64,000 nucleotides of DNA, from the NCBI GenBank assembly GCA_964016885.1, contig OZ024740.1:330646001-330710000 (forward strand). The letters run 5' to 3'. Below, one piece after another: positions 59,486 to 64,000 of the stretch. The notes beneath the pieces were generated by a model that saw only the letters and a program-made list of their open reading frames with translations, had not been told where the DNA came from and made no database searches. The stretch's first letter is position 1; every line of letters starts with the position of its first letter. The DNA is from Eledone cirrhosa (lineage: Eukaryota). Position numbers and translations under genes: made by a program.

Positions 59486-60602
59486 AATGATATAGATATC
59501 CCAGTTGTACTAGGTACCCACGGAAATATATATGGTGTCTATAATAGTGGTTGTTCTATGGTACTAATTTGAGATACCAGAACTGTAAATATGAGCGGAA
59601 CAAGTAAACACTAAACAATCTTTTAAATAAATTAAAATACGATTTAAATATTTACCTCTTCTAGTGCCATGACCGACGGTTTCGCTTATCAAAAGATTGG
59701 AAATTCAGAGAATTTCCAATGGAAGATATAGCTCTTCAGATAGCTTTTCCAAATCTACTAGACATAAGTCCGTACAGGTGTAGATATATCACCCTCTGCC
59801 CGGTGAATGAATCAAGCCGTTAAAATGACCGACACACTTATTGGACCGTTAGAGAAATCGGGAATTATAGACTCGCTGATATTTCATGCTGCTAGAAATA
59901 TCAGCACGATACAGCATATGTTTTTCTCTACATTAAGGAGAATTAGATAAATGATATAGATATCCCAGTAGGTACTAGGTACCCACGGAAATATATATGG
60001 TGTCTATAATAGTGGTTGTTCTATGATATTAATTTGAGATACCAGAACTGTAAATATCTAAATATTTTCCTTATTTAAATCGTATTTTAATTTATTTAAA
60101 AGATTGTTTAATGTTTACTTGTTCCGCTCATATTTACAGTTCTGGTATCTCAAATTAGTACCATAGAACAACCACTATTATAGATACCCTTTATATTTCC
60201 GTGGGTACCTAGTACCTACTGGGATATCTATATCATTTATCTAATTCTCCTTAATGTAGAGAACAAATATGCTGTATCATGCTGCTATTTCTAGCAGCAT
60301 AAAATATCAGCGAGTCTATAATTCCCGCTTTCTCCAACGGTCAAATAAGTGTGTGGGTCATTTTAAGGGTTTGATTCATTCACTCGGCAGAGGGTGATAT
60401 ATCTACATCTATATGGACTTATGTCTAGTAGATTTGGAAAAGATATCTGAAGAGCTATATCTTTCCATTGGAAATTCTCTGAATTTCCAATCTTTTGATA
60501 AGCGAAACCGTCGGTCATGGCACTAGAAGAGGTAAATATTTAAATCGTATTTTAATTTATTTAAAAGATTATTTAAAAGTAATGTTTACTTGTTCCGCTC
60601 AT
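59482..60602. mobile_element. Retrozyme-like 465-nt monomer: ~1.25 copies (-) joined to ~1.15 copies (+)
   Basis: ataaatgatatagatatcccag at 59482 and 59947; tatttaaatcgtattttaatttatttaaaagatt at 60072 and 60537; arms are mutually inverted; no protein-like ORF; (TA)n flanks. Confidence 0.88.
59666..59744 (-). ncRNA. Hammerhead ribozyme with long hairpin stem II
   Basis: GCTAT-CTGAAGA-GCT.ATATC..ATTGGAAATTC-TCT-GAATTTCCAAT..GATA.AGC-GAAAC-CGTCG-GTC-ATGGC; twin at 60442-60521 (+). Confidence 0.85.
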
Positions 60603-60612
60603 ATATATATAA

Positions 60613-60691
<79 letters not shown>

Positions 60692-60692
<1 letters not shown>

Positions 60693-61753
60693 ATAACAAA
60701 AAAATAGAAACAGACATATACTACAAGCCCACAGACTCCAAGCAATATCTCCCCTTCAACTCTTGCCACCCTAGACACGTTAAAATTAATATTCCCTACA
60801 ACTTAGCCAAGAGAATCTGTACTATAGTCTCCAATAAAAACATCTGCTAATTACGGCTACAAGAACTAAATGACACACTCATAGGCAGGGACTACCCTGC
60901 ATCACTAATTGACAATGGAATCCAACGTGCCCTAAAACTCAGTACCCAGGACCTTAGACACCCTAAAGTAAATCAACCAAAACTAAAAGCTCTTCCATAC
61001 ATCTCCACACACAACCCCCTCAACAATGAGGCCTTTTGACACCATCTTCCAGAACATCCCTGTATTGAAAAAGGACCATAGAATGAACTAAATTCTACGA
61101 ACACACGATATCATAAAGAGCAAAAGACAATCCAAGTCAATGAAAAACATCTTAACACATGCCAAAGTACTGCCAACCACAACAACGAAACCCACAGTAA
61201 AAAAATGCGATAGACCCAACTGTGGCATTTGCATCAACCTAATAGAGGGTTCGGAATTCTATTTCAAAGATGGACAACGTTTTATAGTAAAACACAATTT
61301 CACATGTGCATCGGAAAATCTAATATATGTATTAACTTGTTCAGGTTGTCGAGAACAATACATAGGCCAGACCAAAAACAGCCTCCGCCAACGCATGACT
61401 GTCCATAGATCCCAAATCAAAATACGGGAATACAGGAAAATACCACTGAGTGAACACATAGATACCTGTGCCGCCCAAAATCATCCCAACTTCAGAATCT
61501 TTCCCCTCTACAAATTTAAAGATAATTCCACCCACACCCAGCGCATCAGCAAGGAATCTTACTTCATTAACAAATACGGACCCCGTCTAAACACTTCTCC
61601 CTAAGACGAACCCACAACATACACACGTCAACATACATACCTACATCAGCACACATCTCTACCCACATATAAACACAATGACATACGTAAACACACATGC
61701 TCTATGGTGCTACACAAAAAATATATGTGCATATATATATGTATATATATGTA

Positions 61754-61833
<80 letters not shown>

Positions 61834-61983
61834 ATATATGTATGTGTATATATATATATAGTGAATATCATTTCACACCTTTTATTGTTAAGATTTTTGA
61901 TGTTCTATTAAGAGAACCGATTTTACTGAAAAAATCGAATAATGTACACCATTTTACCAGGGGGAAAAAAATACTGGTCCACC

Positions 61984-62015
<32 letters not shown>

Positions 62016-62196
62016 CACACACACATACACACGCGTACATCAACATACAAAGAGACTTATATATACACACACACACACACACGCACTTCTCCGTATAAGA
62101 CAAAAGCTAAAAAATATCTTTTGGCATGCTAAAATACCCCCCATTGCTTTCAGACACATTCTTACTGACCATCCCTGCCACCACGAATTACTCTGC

Positions 62197-62247
<51 letters not shown>

Positions 62248-62337
62248 ATCTTAATAGCCATTTGACACACATCGCTGCTAACCATTATCACAACATCGAA
62301 CACCTTACTACTACTACTACACACACACACACACACA

Positions 62338-62410
<73 letters not shown>

Positions 62411-62750
62411 TTGTTGTGAAAGTGTCATTTCTCAATCTTGGCGCAGAACCAATTTTTTATTCACATGACCTCTACCAACCAATCAAAATTGTTTTGACCA
62501 CAAGCATTTTTGCTGGAGCTACTTTTTTAACATAAAAACAGGTAGAATTCCCAAGAGCAAACAGCACGGACACTCTATCTCAAAATTATTTTTGAAAAGC
62601 ATTTAGAAATGCGCAACCGGTAAAAACTTAAAAACTTAAAACCACAACTGAATACTAACCCATACAATCACTAATACTCTTTTATTCCTAATTAAACCAT
62701 TTTTCAACTGTGAACAATTTGTCAGCATTTTCTATTCCGTTTACCAATAT
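60692..62750 (+). mobile_element. 5'-truncated Neptune-like PLE (RT thumb, GIY-YIG, 3' region)
   Basis: IETDIYYKPTDSKQYL..., KKCDRPNCGIC, LIYVLTCSGCREQYIGQT; starts directly in (TA)n. HHR-like TTT-TTGAAAA-GCATTT-AG-AAATGC-GcAAC-CG-GTA-AAA at 62589-62626. Confidence 0.88.
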
Positions 62751-64000
62751 ATATATATAGCAGCTCCTCGAGACAGGGATGTTCAATGCAGGGATGTGTG
62801 GTGTGTATATTTTAATTCAAATCGATCGATCGCCGCATGGAATGACGTTTTTCATTTTTTTTAGGTTTACGTAATTAATTCTTCATAAAATGTATGTATG
62901 AATAATAAAATTGTTGAAATTAACGTGAAACAATATTTGCTACGTAGCATGTTAAGTTAAATTGTAATAAATGGAGATGTATTTTTTTATTTCTATTTCT
63001 TATGATACGAATACATATATATTTTTTTTTCAATGTTATTTTAATATTTATGCTTCCAGGCTATAAATGTATGCTATTATATGCTTCAAACCAGCAACTT
63101 ACAAAATCATTTCAATATTCCATATAAACTGTGCGAAAATAGAAAATGGAAAATGAAAATAGAAAAGGTTGCTATGTTGCTGTGTTTATCTTTATTTAAC
63201 AGTTTGTCGTAAAAAATGAGGAAATGTTTCAAATGTGATCTACGTCAAAAGTAAATGCTTACCCCGCTGTGAATAGTAGAAATAAGAAATGAAAGAGGTT
63301 TAGAGGTTTGAATGGCTGGATTTTCATTAAATTAGGAATGTTTTACATTAATTTGGTTCTATATTTCTATTTTTATTTTTTTATAACGGCAACATTTCTT
63401 CTTCATAAGTTGTCTTTATAGAATGCTTGAAGATCAACACTGTGCACTCATAAACATTTGTTTATAATAAATATTACATGCTGTCTATAACTATTAACAT
63501 GAGATAATATGTTATCTTGACGGCAATATTGATGTTGCGTTATTTACCCACTAAGTCATGCTGAAATAAGCTATGATTAAATTCATTTCAGTCGTGAGCG
63601 TTTTGTATTATAATCTATCAGTATATACAGTCATGAATATTCAAAATGGTTTTTCCTTTTTAAATCAGTAGGTGTTGTTTGATTTTGGCTGCTAATATTG
63701 TCTGGATGCCGTCTATTACGGGGATTTTGCATCTGCCCATTGTTGTTGATTTATGATTATTTAGAGCTATATTTTGTTGTTTAATGAGATTTGGAAGTTA
63801 TGTCTAGCAAATAATCTTACCTTTGAGAGTTTCCTTATTTGACTCTTGTCTAAATATACCCCGTGTCATGATACGTATGTCATATGGCGCTTTCTAAAGT
63901 TCAACGAAAGTAGAGTCATGTTTATATATAACTAGTTTTAGCGTATGTAAATAACAACTATAATTATGTTTACATATCTGGTAGCGAATATAATTGTTTT

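Overview
AT-rich, microsatellite-saturated eukaryotic non-coding DNA, probably from an octopus or other cephalopod (inferred from recognisable tRNA-derived SINEs; not verified by search). No host protein-coding gene can be firmly called. Most short ORFs in the track are microsatellite artefacts; one 108-nt candidate exon lies at 49331-49438. The window is dominated by Penelope-like retroelements (PLEs; RT plus GIY-YIG endonuclease). There are at least 8 insertions from several families, including one long reading frame broken by a single in-frame TAA (39645-42800), plus fragments of CR1, CRE-like and RTE-like LINEs, SINEs and a pogo/Tc2-type MITE. Reading both strands by eye shows about 30 hammerhead-ribozyme (HHR) or HHR-like motifs from roughly 15 sequence families. 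Some lie in PLE pseudo-LTRs. Many lie in ORF-less modules bounded by (TA)n, built as more than one head-to-tail copy of a 320-670 nt monomer (one HHR each) joined to an inverted copy. These look like a diverse set of retrozyme-like, probably circular-RNA-derived, PLE-mobilised foldback elements that target (TA)n. All coordinates and pairings were read by eye and are approximate.
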